From Schizochytrium sp. TIO01 (Eukaryota; Protista; Bigyra: Labyrinthulomycetes): DNA of 64,000 bases. The stretch spans positions 3,262,747 through 3,326,746 of the forward strand of contig SMSO01000037.1 of NCBI GenBank assembly GCA_004764695.1, in the 5' to 3' direction. Positions 1 through 10,946 of the stretch are shown here, one piece after another (position 1 is the stretch's first letter; the number at the start of each line of letters is the position of its first letter). The notes below the pieces were generated by a model. The model worked only from the letters and a program-made list of their open reading frames with translations, ran no database searches and was not told the DNA's origin. A program made the translations under genes and the position numbers.

Positions 1-129
1 TGATGTACGGATGCATTTCATGTGCAACCATGGATCCTTTCATTGTGCTGCTTTCGAGATTAATCGTACGAGGTCAACAGTATTCAACTTCATAGGAATA
101 CAAAAGTGCCGCCAGAACGGCAAACTTAC

Positions 130-353
130 ACGACGACTCCATAGGCTCCGTGGCCAATGGGTTTTATCAATTCGTAGCGCGTACTAATGACGAACTTGGT
201 GCCACTCACCACAAATGAGTGTTCTCCAGCGCCGACTGCCTGGCCATTCTGCTGCTGGCCATTCTGCTGCTGGCCATTCAGCTGCTGCTGTTGAAGCTGC
301 TGCTGTTGCTGCTGCATCATCGCTTGCTGCTGTTGCTGCTGCTGCGGGTCCAT
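130..353 (-). CDS. Mitogen-activated protein kinase, first exon (rest of gene lies beyond the window start)
   Basis: ATG at 353 gives MDPQQQ...HSFVVSGTKFVISTRYELIKPIGHGAYGVV, the MAPK subdomain I glycine loop (GxGAYGVV). The exon ends at a GTAAGT donor at 129-124 on the minus strand. Confidence 0.85.
240..345 (-). repeat. CAG/CAA trinucleotide and NGQQQ repeat encoding a polyQ N-terminus of the MAPK
   Basis: Runs of GCT/GTT triplets on the plus strand and three copies of NGQ(QQ) in translation. Confidence 0.9.
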
Positions 354-3300
354 GGCGGTTTGGGGCTGTTGCGCCTTCTTTGCCGAAGGTGCCTCTTCCG
401 TGTCCTCAGCGCACCGCTTTAGCGGAGGGGAAGAGGGCGGTGGGTGGGGCCTCGTTGTGCGAAGGGAGTACGTCTGCGCAGAGAGAGCCGCCGCCTCGCC
501 AACGCGATGGAGGCGGAATATGGGACACGAGGACGAGCGCAAGGAATGGGGAATGAACGCACTAGCAAGCAAGCAACAATCAGTGCTATCAATTCTATCC
601 GCTTTTACTCATCTTTCTTGTTAAAACACCATATCTTCAGTACCTTACTGCGCATATAACAGATACCATAGGAGAGAGGGTTGAGAATTTTATGATGGGC
701 TCAATTTATTTCTTTTTATTATTTTAACGCGGAACGATGTAGAGATGATCAATCAACAGCGATGCCTTTGCGTTGCTGACACTTTAAAGGTTAAGCAATG
801 GCCTGGTTCACTTTATTCTACGCGCGCTCTTCGGTAAATCTCTCATCTCAGGAGCACGCGTGAAGAGATCGATCGAGGTACTGGCACATATTGATAAATG
901 AGATTATTTTGATTTCAACGCAACACAACCTCGAGCAGTAAGTAGGTACAGGGATACATAGGCCTATAATTTTATTTATTTATTTTCCTAAATTTGATTT
1001 TAAATACCAAGCCAAAAAAGGCGTTGTATATTCATCATGATATGCATAATATGTGTCTATACTAAAACTAAAGCGAAAGCAGAAAACTTTCTTTCAGAAG
1101 ACTGAGTATATATAGGAGACTGGTAGTAAAAGTAGATTATCCTAGGAGTCTAATGTCTTTTTATCTCGTTTAGGTATCAGTATTCCATAATCATAGGGAC
1201 AATTCTGTAGCCCTCGTAATTTTTTATAATTATTAAATTAAAATAATAAATTAATAATTATTTTTTTAAATAAACGTTTGTTTACCCCAAAATATAATAA
1301 AAATGTAGAAAAGTATACAACTTGAAGTGCTACGTAAGTATGTAGTCTTAGTTTTGGCTGCTCTGTGTTGTTTCGATCGATAATCACTTATCAGAGGCTT
1401 CGTGGCTCTTGAGTGCCCTCAACACAACGAAAGCGATCTGATCCAACAGATTGAGCAAACTAACAAACATATAGATATCCTTTGCACAGAACTATACGTC
1501 GCTTTCTATTCGCACACTAAGAGGCGATTCGCAGAGGACGCCGCGTGCAGGTTTATCTTCCTTGTAATACATTTGGGTATACAACGCAGGTACGTCGTGC
1601 TGCGATCTTCTTCATTTCCTCGGGTCTGCATTTTATAAAGTCATCCTGATTAGGGACCCACTCACGTTTGGAGCTTGTCAACGCACAGAGCACTAGCTTC
1701 AAGCAAGTCTCACGCAGTTGGAGTCCAATGTATCTCAATCCTCACCAGTCTTGAACTTAATCGAGTCCATGAAGTGTTCTCAAGCCCTTCACATTTCGAG
1801 GAGTAGTCAGTCTACTTGAGCGATGTGCCACATTCACTCTTCGCATATCTGATTGTTTGTTTACAAAGTGTATTTTGTGAGTCCGGCGAAGTTATTACTG
1901 CTTTCGAGTGTTAACAGTTCGAAACTGAGCGCACTCTTCTTTTGTCTTTTGTTCATAACAGTCGCGAGGTAACATATAAAGAAAGTCACGCGTAGAAAGT
2001 GAGAGAAGTCGAACTGTTGACTGTTTGCTCTATTGCAAAGACTTTGTTACTTCATTGAAAGAAAAAGAAAGTCGATTGAAGTTAACAAAGCTTTATCGTT
2101 CACTGTGAAAAGGAAGGAAACGCGAACTTGAAACTCGGTTCAAAGATTTGTTCTGTTATCTTATCTTCATAAGGAAAACAGAATAAGGTACCTAAGGTCT
2201 CTATTTTATCTATTTCATTGCATAGGAACAAAAAAGGGAAGAACAAACAAAGGAAACTCTAAGTGCGTTATTAGCTACTACTACCAAGTGGTAGTATCAG
2301 TTCCAGATGGAAGAACCTCCGTTAAAACCAGCAAAATAGCAAAAGAATGTCTATCAGACTCGCTCATCTTCACAGAGAGTGGGCCCATCATCTATATCTC
2401 CTTGGCCACAGACTCTGGCTCCACTCTATCAGCTTTGACTCAGATCTTGGTCCCGAAGCTGCGTTACACCTCGAGTTTTCAAGCTTCGAGTTCATTCTGA
2501 TTTAGTTTCTACCTCGGCACTAAGTTATTTCAAGTTATTTATTCATGGAATAAACAAAAAACGTTATCTCTCAAACTTGTTTTTTAATTAAAGCTCTTGT
2601 TTCCAAAAGTCAATCAAAAGCCGAAGACCAACACCCATTACAGAGGTCTCGAGCAAGAGACACCAAGATAAATGAGAGCTAAACAGGATCGCCACGGTCA
2701 CACAAATAGTTGCGAACATGTGAAGCAAGCATCCTTAGCTCCCGTAATCTGCTTGGTTTGGCTGGCCAGGTCCGGCTGGGACGATAGCGATAACTTGGGT
2801 ACAAACTACTAGAGATTTCTCCAAAAGTGCACAAACGTCAATGGGTAAATCAGCTGCTATCCGAAACACAGAGCTTTAAAATTGCCTCCAATATCCACGA
2901 CTCGGAGGTAGACGCTCTTCTCCTGGTGGCAATCAATCGTCACCCTCTGTTGCCAACCGCAGCGATCGCCCGTGGAGAAGACTCGCTTCGCTCCTACGGC
3001 GCAATTCATGTTGGTAAGCCAGCAAGTTTTCGGCATGTTCTGCGGACGAGGCCCCAAAAGACTTGGGTGTTTGCGTAGCCGTTACGGATAAGGACCAAAA
3101 CTTGTAGTATGCTTTCTCGGCATTCTCTGGGTGTAGGTACTGCATGATATCCACTCAAAAAATTGAGTATGTGGACCGCTTGTAGATAGTTACTTACTAA
3201 GGGTGCGGTTAGCCCTCTAGGCAGAGGAGTACGCGTGTGTTTTTATAATTGGATGGTTGCAAGCAAATCCTGTGTGACTCAACATAAACGTCATTAAAAA

Positions 3301-3483
3301 ATGCTCAAGAAAGACTTCGAAGAAGATAAGCTGCTGTGAAAATGACCATGAAACATAGGGACGCGGCAGGGAAGATAAAAAGAAATTGAGAAGATTGATT
3401 GTTTATTCATACCGGAGGAAGTCTAGTGTTTAAAAATAATCAACTATAAAACATAGACCTAAATGAATTGTACATTTGGTATA

Positions 3484-6400
3484 TTAACCACGGAGACTTG
3501 AAGATGTGGATACATCAAATTCTCCCTCTCGTTTCTTTGCCTCGCGGATTTTGCGAACGGTAGAGGTAAAGTTATTACTTGAAATTCTCTCTCCAGAAAG
3601 ATTGTCTATTCCAACACCAAGAATTTGTGTAATAAGCTCTTCTAGCTTGGTACTAGAGTTTGCCTCTCCTGATAAGCGTTTGAGCTTCTCAGGTGACATA
3701 CTCAAAATGTCATGAAAATGGTTCTGGACCAGCGACCAGAGTTTACTAGTCTTGCTCCCGCCAGGTCCTCTCTGTAATTTTCCAAAAGCCATATCTTGTT
3801 TTCGTATCGCTGAACGCAATACACTTTGCAAGAGCAGAGCAAAGGGTGGAACCGAGTCTACCAAGTCGCCAATCGCAGCCTTGCTCAAGATGTACAACTG
3901 TGTTAGTTTAGTACATTTTGCCGTGATTTCGTGACGTTTACCAGACAAAACGGCCTTGTGACCAAAGAAATTGCCCTTGGTGTGCTTGAAGAGCTTGGCG
4001 CGGTCAAAAGTTAGTTTTCCTTCTTCGTCGGGCTGTGGCCATGGATCTTCATAAACAAGCACATCGCCATTGACAATAAAGTAAATCAAGCTTCCAATAT
4101 CCCCATGATGCACAATCACTGTATTTGGCAATGCAAGCTGTGGGTGCATCACCTGAATCAGATCAGCAGTGAATGTTGCTGTCTGGTCTTTAAATATTGG
4201 TAATGCTTCTACTGCTTGCTGATGAATTGTGATAATAATCTCCTGCCGAAGTGATGGACTGAGCGCACTCAGCAAATTCCTTTCGTCAAAAACAGATTTT
4301 AACGACAGCGAATAAGCATAGCATGATTTGCATTCTTTCCGCAGCATGCGTGGAATACCTTGTTCTGAAAGGTACTCATCGAGCTCATTCATTTTTGCCT
4401 TATAAAGAGCGTCAGCAATATCCAACTGAGAAATGAGGCTGGCGATACTACCGACAACGTATCCGAAAATCGTAGCACCCATGATCATACTCATAATTGC
4501 GTAGAGACGTTCTCCGTTTGTAGTAGGTGAAATATCACCATAACCAACTGTTGTCATCGTTGTAAATGTCCAGTATAAACTTGCAATGTACTTGCTCGAT
4601 ACATCTTTGTCTGTGTCTGGAGAAAGGCCAAGCTGAACATACCAATGATCCCTAATGTCATCTGAAGCAGACGCTGCGTAGAACCAAAAGCACGCAAATA
4701 AATGTGCAACAAATGTAATTTGCATAAAAAGGGAGCCCAATTTTGTTACAGCAGAGGGGAGCTGAATCTCAGCATCAAGGTCCCCGAGGATTTTCCGAAG
4801 CTTCAACAGACGAATAAGCTTCAAAAGGCGAATCATTCGAAAAATTTTGATAAGCTTGAAGCTTCGCAATGCCTCCTCATCAGCACTTGCCAAGAATGCC
4901 GTAAGCACTACATCGAATGGAAATGTTGAAAGAAAGTCAATCAGAAACCAACCCTTCAGATACTGGATGGCGATAGAACGCGGAATAGCAATGATTACAT
5001 CTTGATCAGGACTTTCAAAACCAGTGCGGAAAGCAAGAATTATATCAATCGAAAAGAACACATCTACTGTTACATCCACGAATTCGGAAAATCCTTCCGA
5101 AGCTTGCGAGAAACCAAGACGATATGGAACCAACAGCACCGAGTATACAATAAAAAACGCAATGAGAAGGTCCCATTTGATCTTGTATACATAGCCTGGA
5201 GGAATTATCCAAAGCTCTTTGATGACACGGTCATGCTCCATTTCGAGATCTTCGCACACCCTTCCTCCCACGGTCGGAACCATAAGAAGAGTTGGAGATC
5301 GAACTGGTTTCATAGGATTCGAACTCTGTTCTTTATGATCATCATCACGCTGATGCGGAAGCTGAGGTGACGTGACAGACGTTGGAGACCTTGGATTCTG
5401 GACTCCAGGATTGATCCCGCCATCGTATTCATTTGAGCCCCAATGGCGTACATAAGACGCTCTACTTCCCCTTTGGTCTAACCACTGCATAGTTTTGGGA
5501 ATGTGAAAGTTGGAAAGGAGGCCATCAGATTTTAAATTGGGGACCCGCACCCGAGACTTCGTAGCGTTGAATTTCCCAGATTTCCATGACACCTCGAACT
5601 GCGAACTTGGGATTTTGACTGGATCATTCAAAATACTCGAGGGCACAGAATTTTCTCCTGAATGCCCAGTGTCCATTAAAGGGGGGTCACTAATTGGAAA
5701 GACCCTAGCGTTATGCTGACCAGGTGGTGATACCTCATCAGCTTCTTTCAGTGCCATTTCTTCTGCATACTCAGGCGTGTGAAAAAGGAGACTGCCTGCG
5801 CGACTCTGCTGGGATTGTAATATCACGCGGCGAATCTTAATTATTTGTTTCGGTGCAGGGCCCGTCTTTTGGTTGCTGAAGTCTGTACTTGTAGAAAAGA
5901 TGCCCTTGCGCTGTGTTTTATTAATCAATTCCCGTTGTGCCTGACTTTGAAATTTACCTGTAATGTCATAAGCAATCATATTCGACAATACCATTCTTCC
6001 TATTCTGCGCTCAACTGCTGCTGCACTTTGGTGCATTCGCCCATCAACAGTTACCTTGGACTTGATATGACGGTCAGAATGGGGGAAGTATTCCGTCACC
6101 GAAGCGATTGATTCGGTTACGAATTGGCAATGCTCGTCACAACGCTTCCGAAAACGCAATGCACTTGTCGGGTACATGTATATAGCATATTCCATGTGTT
6201 CTTTAGAAATAGAGAGTAAATCACAAGTTTGGTTTGCTCGAAAAGTAGCTTCATGTGGTTTGTTATGCAAGACCCCAACTTCTCCAAAGTTGGAGCCTTT
6301 GTTATATAACCCTACAACTACAGCATGCTTGAGTTTGGCACTGTCATGAAGGGCTAGACGATGTCGAGACATGTTTCGATTAGACATGCCTAACTGTCTT

Positions 6401-8199
6401 TTTACCATATTGCGAACTTCCTGAGGCCTTGGGAGTTCAATCTTTCGTTTAGAACCAGGCGAAGAGGTACTAGCATTGCTATGGTACCCTGGGCCAAGGC
6501 TTTCTCCTGAGTCATTTCCATTTGAGTTAAGGTTTCCCGCCTCTTCAGAAGACAACACTAAAGCTCCTTTCGCAGTTGCTTGACGTTCTAATCCAAGTTT
6601 AACAAGAACACTCTCCTCTTCGTCCTTTTGGATTCGGCGCCGTTTGTGCTCATTTTCATTGATCTCGAGAACAATCGCCTCAACTTTCCCTTTTAATATC
6701 ATATAAATATCAACGCCCACGGAATCTTGCTCACAAATTACCTCACCAGAAAGTGCTAGTAAAACTTTCGATCGCGCCATTATATACGCTACAAAGCTGC
6801 TATCTTCGTATTTGAGAAAGTTAATTGATCTTGCTTTATGGCCATGTACATGAAGAATAACAGTCTCTGTGAGATGCGAAGGCAGCTGACCAAGAATATT
6901 AGCATCATCGAAAATCGATTCACGCGTAAGAACATAGTCATAGTATTTGCGTACTCTTCGTTGTAGCCGTCGAGGGAGATTGCGATCTCGCATGTACTGT
7001 TTTAATCTGTCCATACGAGTTCGATAAGCAGAGGCGCGCGGGTCAAATGTCTCTAAGAATGCTGAGATGTTGGCAATGATGAAACCGAAGCAAGTTGCTC
7101 CTACAACCTGAACAAAGATGGAATACATGCGCTCATAGTCATTTGCTGCGTGGAGGTCGCCGTAACCTACGGCCATCATCGTTGCAACTGTCCAATAGAA
7201 GCTAGCAAGATACTGTGCTGCAATAGGTTTATCGAGAATTCCGCTAACCATAACCCAAGTCTGATCCGTATTGTCGTTTAATGAAGCTGTGAAATACCAA
7301 AAGCAAGCCAACAGATGGCAAACAAATATGATTTGAAGAAGCAACTTCAATAGTCGTTGTAATGCTGGGTTCAAGCTGAAGATACCTTCCAGACTTGAAC
7401 CAAACTTTTTCAACTTGATCACACGGACCAATTTTACTAATCTCACGAGGCGAAAAAATTTGATCAGCTTAAGAGATCTTAACGAGCTGCTTGCACCGCC
7501 ATCGGAGCCAATAATTGCACCAGCAATATGATCAATAGGAAGTGTGGATGCAAAATCAATAATAAACCACCTACGCATGTAGTGCGTAGCGATAAACCGA
7601 TGGCGGACTTCAAGCTCATCATTGTGCCAGTATGCTGTAAAAAAACTAAGTGCAATATCAATAAAAAACATCGCATCTACAAACCAATCGAAACCCGACC
7701 CGAAACCCGTAGCTTCTACACTGAAGCCAATACGAAACGGGATAATAATAACACTGTACATAATAAGGGAGCTAACAAAGAGATCCCATAGAACTTTTCG
7801 GGTACTTTGTGGATGAAGGACAAGCCTTGGAAGAGGTTCTTCTTCATGCTCAATTATCAAAGAAGATTTTTCATGTGTTTCATCATCAGAGCTTTCGTCA
7901 CCACTTTCTGAGGCGCTCACAATCGTGTCTTTGATGCTCTTGTCATCATCACCTTCCAGCTCTGAAACACGAAAGCTAGGTTTTAATAAGAGTTTTTCAA
8001 TGGAGCTTTCAGGCTGCTCACGCTCACTTTGTGCTGGCCGGAGCACATCGTCATCGTCACTAAGACCGTGCAGAAAAGTTGTTGCTTTCTTCTCTAGCTT
8101 GAGATTTGTCAACAAGGTCACATGATTTCTTGTTGCACTACTGTTTCCTTCTCGAGTGAATCCTCCAATTAACTTTCCACCGATTGATCCTTCTGGCAT
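3484..8199 (-). CDS. Tandem two-repeat cyclic-nucleotide-binding-domain potassium channel (KCNH/HCN/CNGK-like, 2 x [6TM + C-linker + CNBD])
   Basis: 1571-aa ORF. It has two S1 starts (WDLFV / WDLLI), two basic S4 helices (RSLKLIKFFRLVRLVKLVR; RSFKLIKIFRMIRLLKLIR), two pore loops (YWTVATMMAVGYGD; YWTFTTMTTVGYGD), two C-linkers and two CNBDs (GSNFGE; GNFFGH). Confidence 0.93.
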   Translation of the reverse strand: MPEGSIGGKLIGGFTREGNSSATRNHVTLLTNLKLEKKATTFLHGLSDDDDVLRPAQSEREQPESSIEKLLLKPSFRVSELEGDDDKSIKDTIVSASESGDESSDDETHEKSSLIIEHEEEPLPRLVLHPQSTRKVLWDLFVSSLIMYSVIIIPFRIGFSVEATGFGSGFDWFVDAMFFIDIALSFFTAYWHNDELEVRHRFIATHYMRRWFIIDFASTLPIDHIAGAIIGSDGGASSSLRSLKLIKFFRLVRLVKLVRVIKLKKFGSSLEGIFSLNPALQRLLKLLLQIIFVCHLLACFWYFTASLNDNTDQTWVMVSGILDKPIAAQYLASFYWTVATMMAVGYGDLHAANDYERMYSIFVQVVGATCFGFIIANISAFLETFDPRASAYRTRMDRLKQYMRDRNLPRRLQRRVRKYYDYVLTRESIFDDANILGQLPSHLTETVILHVHGHKARSINFLKYEDSSFVAYIMARSKVLLALSGEVICEQDSVGVDIYMILKGKVEAIVLEINENEHKRRRIQKDEEESVLVKLGLERQATAKGALVLSSEEAGNLNSNGNDSGESLGPGYHSNASTSSPGSKRKIELPRPQEVRNMVKRQLGMSNRNMSRHRLALHDSAKLKHAVVVGLYNKGSNFGEVGVLHNKPHEATFRANQTCDLLSISKEHMEYAIYMYPTSALRFRKRCDEHCQFVTESIASVTEYFPHSDRHIKSKVTVDGRMHQSAAAVERRIGRMVLSNMIAYDITGKFQSQAQRELINKTQRKGIFSTSTDFSNQKTGPAPKQIIKIRRVILQSQQSRAGSLLFHTPEYAEEMALKEADEVSPPGQHNARVFPISDPPLMDTGHSGENSVPSSILNDPVKIPSSQFEVSWKSGKFNATKSRVRVPNLKSDGLLSNFHIPKTMQWLDQRGSRASYVRHWGSNEYDGGINPGVQNPRSPTSVTSPQLPHQRDDDHKEQSSNPMKPVRSPTLLMVPTVGGRVCEDLEMEHDRVIKELWIIPPGYVYKIKWDLLIAFFIVYSVLLVPYRLGFSQASEGFSEFVDVTVDVFFSIDIILAFRTGFESPDQDVIIAIPRSIAIQYLKGWFLIDFLSTFPFDVVLTAFLASADEEALRSFKLIKIFRMIRLLKLIRLLKLRKILGDLDAEIQLPSAVTKLGSLFMQITFVAHLFACFWFYAASASDDIRDHWYVQLGLSPDTDKDVSSKYIASLYWTFTTMTTVGYGDISPTTNGERLYAIMSMIMGATIFGYVVGSIASLISQLDIADALYKAKMNELDEYLSEQGIPRMLRKECKSCYAYSLSLKSVFDERNLLSALSPSLRQEIIITIHQQAVEALPIFKDQTATFTADLIQVMHPQLALPNTVIVHHGDIGSLIYFIVNGDVLVYEDPWPQPDEEGKLTFDRAKLFKHTKGNFFGHKAVLSGKRHEITAKCTKLTQLYILSKAAIGDLVDSVPPFALLLQSVLRSAIRKQDMAFGKLQRGPGGSKTSKLWSLVQNHFHDILSMSPEKLKRLSGEANSSTKLEELITQILGVGIDNLSGERISSNNFTSTVRKIREAKKREGEFDVSTSSSLRG

Positions 8200-9323
8200 G
8201 TTGGTTTACGCTTACACTCGGAGTAAGCTGATGAACAACTTACTCCTGGTGTTGCCGAGCCGACTTTGCTAGATTCTGCTTTGTCCGGCTAAGCTTGCCT
8301 CAGCTACACGAATTCCAACATACAAGCACAGAAGAGAGGATGAATAGCAAACCTCCTCTGTAAAATGAATTGAGAATGTGATACAGATTGCAATCAACGA
8401 TGGAATAGACAATAAAAGGGAAACCAGCTTCCTTACTTAACTACCTGCCCTTACAGAAGCCACGGCTTTGTTCTGCTACTCCTGCCTCTCAGACACGCCA
8501 CTCCTACGAACCAGGTGCTTCTTTTCGTCCTGCTCGTGAACCAGCGGCAGAGCCGAGCTCCTCGATGAGCACTGTGATATTATACAAACAACTAGTTAGT
8601 TAAGAATCCATTGGTAGCTCGCATAAGAGTGAGACAACAGTAATGTGATTCCATTGAGGAAACTATTTGCTTTAACTTTAGGTGCGAATAAAGCTACTAG
8701 AGTTTGCCTTAGCCCCAACATCTCGTGTGTATATCCGTTGAGAGAAAGGATGCGATAGGGACATACTATGTATGTCCCTTCAAAATTATTTCAGGTTCTA
8801 GGGTTACAGATTGTTCAATATGGCAAGGTGAGGGTAGCTTATACTTTATTATGAGATGACGAAGCATAAAAAGCGACCCTAAGAATGCCGTCCGTTGCTA
8901 CACCCGGACTTTGGCTTTGTTAGCTTGCACAAGTAATCATATAGCATTTGTTATTGGTGCTGTAACGTTAGTAACAACATAGGGGAAGTATCATACAGAA
9001 TGAGTTGGTGATGGCTGAGTGGAGGGCCGACACTTAGGATTTGAAATAAAATTTATTTACTTGAAAGATAATCTATGAAACATATTCATTTCCAAAGATG
9101 GGAAGGGTTGCAAATGCAAAAATTAGATCTAGAAAAAGAAATGAACCGAGAGGCTACCAAGAGTCAAAGTATTTCTTAAATTAAAATAGGGAGCAAGGAA
9201 TTCAATACAGAACGGCATGTTAAACTAAGATAAGGCGAATAATTCAACAAAAGAAGTAATAGTAAGAACGAATAAGAATCCGGCGTATCACCATTATTAT
9301 TGCTTAGGCTCTACAGTTTCTAT

Positions 9324-10946
9324 TTACCAAGCGTCAAAGTTCTGAAATACAACCCCCTTGTTTGTGCGAGCGGGTGGCGTTTTGGGTTCCTTGGATGCGT
9401 TTTCCAAACGCTGCCTTTTGGCTGCCGGCTCTGGTCGTTCTTCTGTTTTCCTAGCCTCTTTATTTGTAGAAGCGCTAGAGGAGGATACCGAACTTATATT
9501 ATTTTTGGATTGAAGAGTTGCCGATTTTTCTTGCGATGGAAGGAGCTGGTGCTGGTGCTGGTGTTGGATATCATAGTCCTTAATTGGGTTCACAAACACC
9601 AAAGTGCGTCGAATAATAACGGGTTCGGTAGGGCGATCGTCTTTATCAGTTGGAATAGACTCTATCTTATTCAACACCTCAAGCCCTCCTACGACTCGGC
9701 CAAAGACTGTGTGCTTACGATCTAAATGCTTGGATGGTCCAAAGGTGATGAAAAATTGTGAGCGGTTCGTGTTTGGTCCAGAGTTTGCCATAGACAAGAG
9801 ACCACGTTGCGAGTGTTTGAGATGAGCATTGCCCGGATCAAGTTCGTCTTCAAAAGGTTTACCCCAGAGTGACTGGCCACCTCGACCAGTACCAGTTGGG
9901 TCACCACCTTGAATCATAAACTCAGGAATAAGGCGATGAAAAACAGTCCCATCGTAGTATCCTTGCTCTGCGAGACCAAGGAAGTTTTCTGCAGTGCGGG
10001 GGGTAAAATTGCAGTATATCTCAAGGTTTAGATCACCATGACTTGTTTCAAGTCGAACGTAACCTTTCTTTTTCAAGTGTCGAATAGCCCGGTAACGTTT
10101 TCCTTCAAGTTCTGCAGCAGTAGCTGCCTGACGAGCGTTGCTAGTTTCAGGGCTAATTGCACTGCTTGTAAGGGATGCAGCACACAGACCTGAAGAGAAT
10201 GTACTCTGCTCGTTAGATTGGTTGACTAATTTGATAGGTGCTGACTTGGCTTCTTCGAGAGCGCGTTTCTTTGCTACTGCGTTGGCTTTTTGCATGATTC
10301 GTTCTGCAATGCCGGACATGCGTATATGCGGTCCCGTGCTTTCCTGAGCAGTTATCTTCTGTTGGGTTTTAAGACCGGATTTAGTCTTGCTAGGGGAAGG
10401 AGTTTCTGTTGGTAGAGGGGAGCCTGCTGGCGAAGAATGTTTTTCACGGGAAGATCCATGCGGATCCTGCAACGCTATGATTGACGACTTGCCAGCAAAA
10501 GGTTTACTTGTCAAAGGATCTTGCCATACCCCGGGGCGCAAGCACAGCTGACTTACGGCCTCAAAGCTATATACGTTTCCTGTTTCCTTGATCGCAATGA
10601 TGTGTGAAAACTTGTTGAAAGTCTTGAGAGTAATTGGGCATTGGAGTTGGCCCTTATCGTTGCGACTCCACTTTAGGGAAATCAAGTCTTCCTTGGAGAA
10701 GGGTTTATGCTGAATAGGGTCCACTCTATGTTTCTTCAAGTACACCGCAATTTGCGATAACTCGAACACATATCCTTGTCCACCAATTACAGCCAGAACA
10801 GGTGTGGCCCATGGAGCTAAAGAGAGCGCACAGCAGTCGAACGGTAGGCCCTCGGCCTCAGACACCACAGCTCCATTGCTTTGACCGCCTGATGGCTCTC
10901 GTAGCTCCTTGGACCGCACGTGAAGCGACTTTGAGCTCTTCACCAT
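9324..10946 (-). CDS. PPIL2: U-box/RING-type cyclophilin (PPIL2/Cyp60-like peptidyl-prolyl isomerase)
   Basis: N-terminal LPFDCCALSLAPW...CPIT.K.F...HI.AI..TGNVYS U-box-like region. C-terminal cyclophilin domain (FHRLIPEFMIQGGDPTGTGRGG, SMANSGPNTNRSQFFIT, KHTVFGRVVGG) and a terminal NFDAW. First ATG is at 10946. Confidence 0.92.
   Translation of the reverse strand: MVKSSKSLHVRSKELREPSGGQSNGAVVSEAEGLPFDCCALSLAPWATPVLAVIGGQGYVFELSQIAVYLKKHRVDPIQHKPFSKEDLISLKWSRNDKGQLQCPITLKTFNKFSHIIAIKETGNVYSFEAVSQLCLRPGVWQDPLTSKPFAGKSSIIALQDPHGSSREKHSSPAGSPLPTETPSPSKTKSGLKTQQKITAQESTGPHIRMSGIAERIMQKANAVAKKRALEEAKSAPIKLVNQSNEQSTFSSGLCAASLTSSAISPETSNARQAATAAELEGKRYRAIRHLKKKGYVRLETSHGDLNLEIYCNFTPRTAENFLGLAEQGYYDGTVFHRLIPEFMIQGGDPTGTGRGGQSLWGKPFEDELDPGNAHLKHSQRGLLSMANSGPNTNRSQFFITFGPSKHLDRKHTVFGRVVGGLEVLNKIESIPTDKDDRPTEPVIIRRTLVFVNPIKDYDIQHQHQHQLLPSQEKSATLQSKNNISSVSSSSASTNKEARKTEERPEPAAKRQRLENASKEPKTPPARTNKGVVFQNFDAW

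Noticed and set aside
9700-9740. His instead of the cyclosporin-binding Trp in PPIL2 (KHLDRKH)
   Set aside because: Substitution at this position is common among multidomain cyclophilins, so it is not novel.
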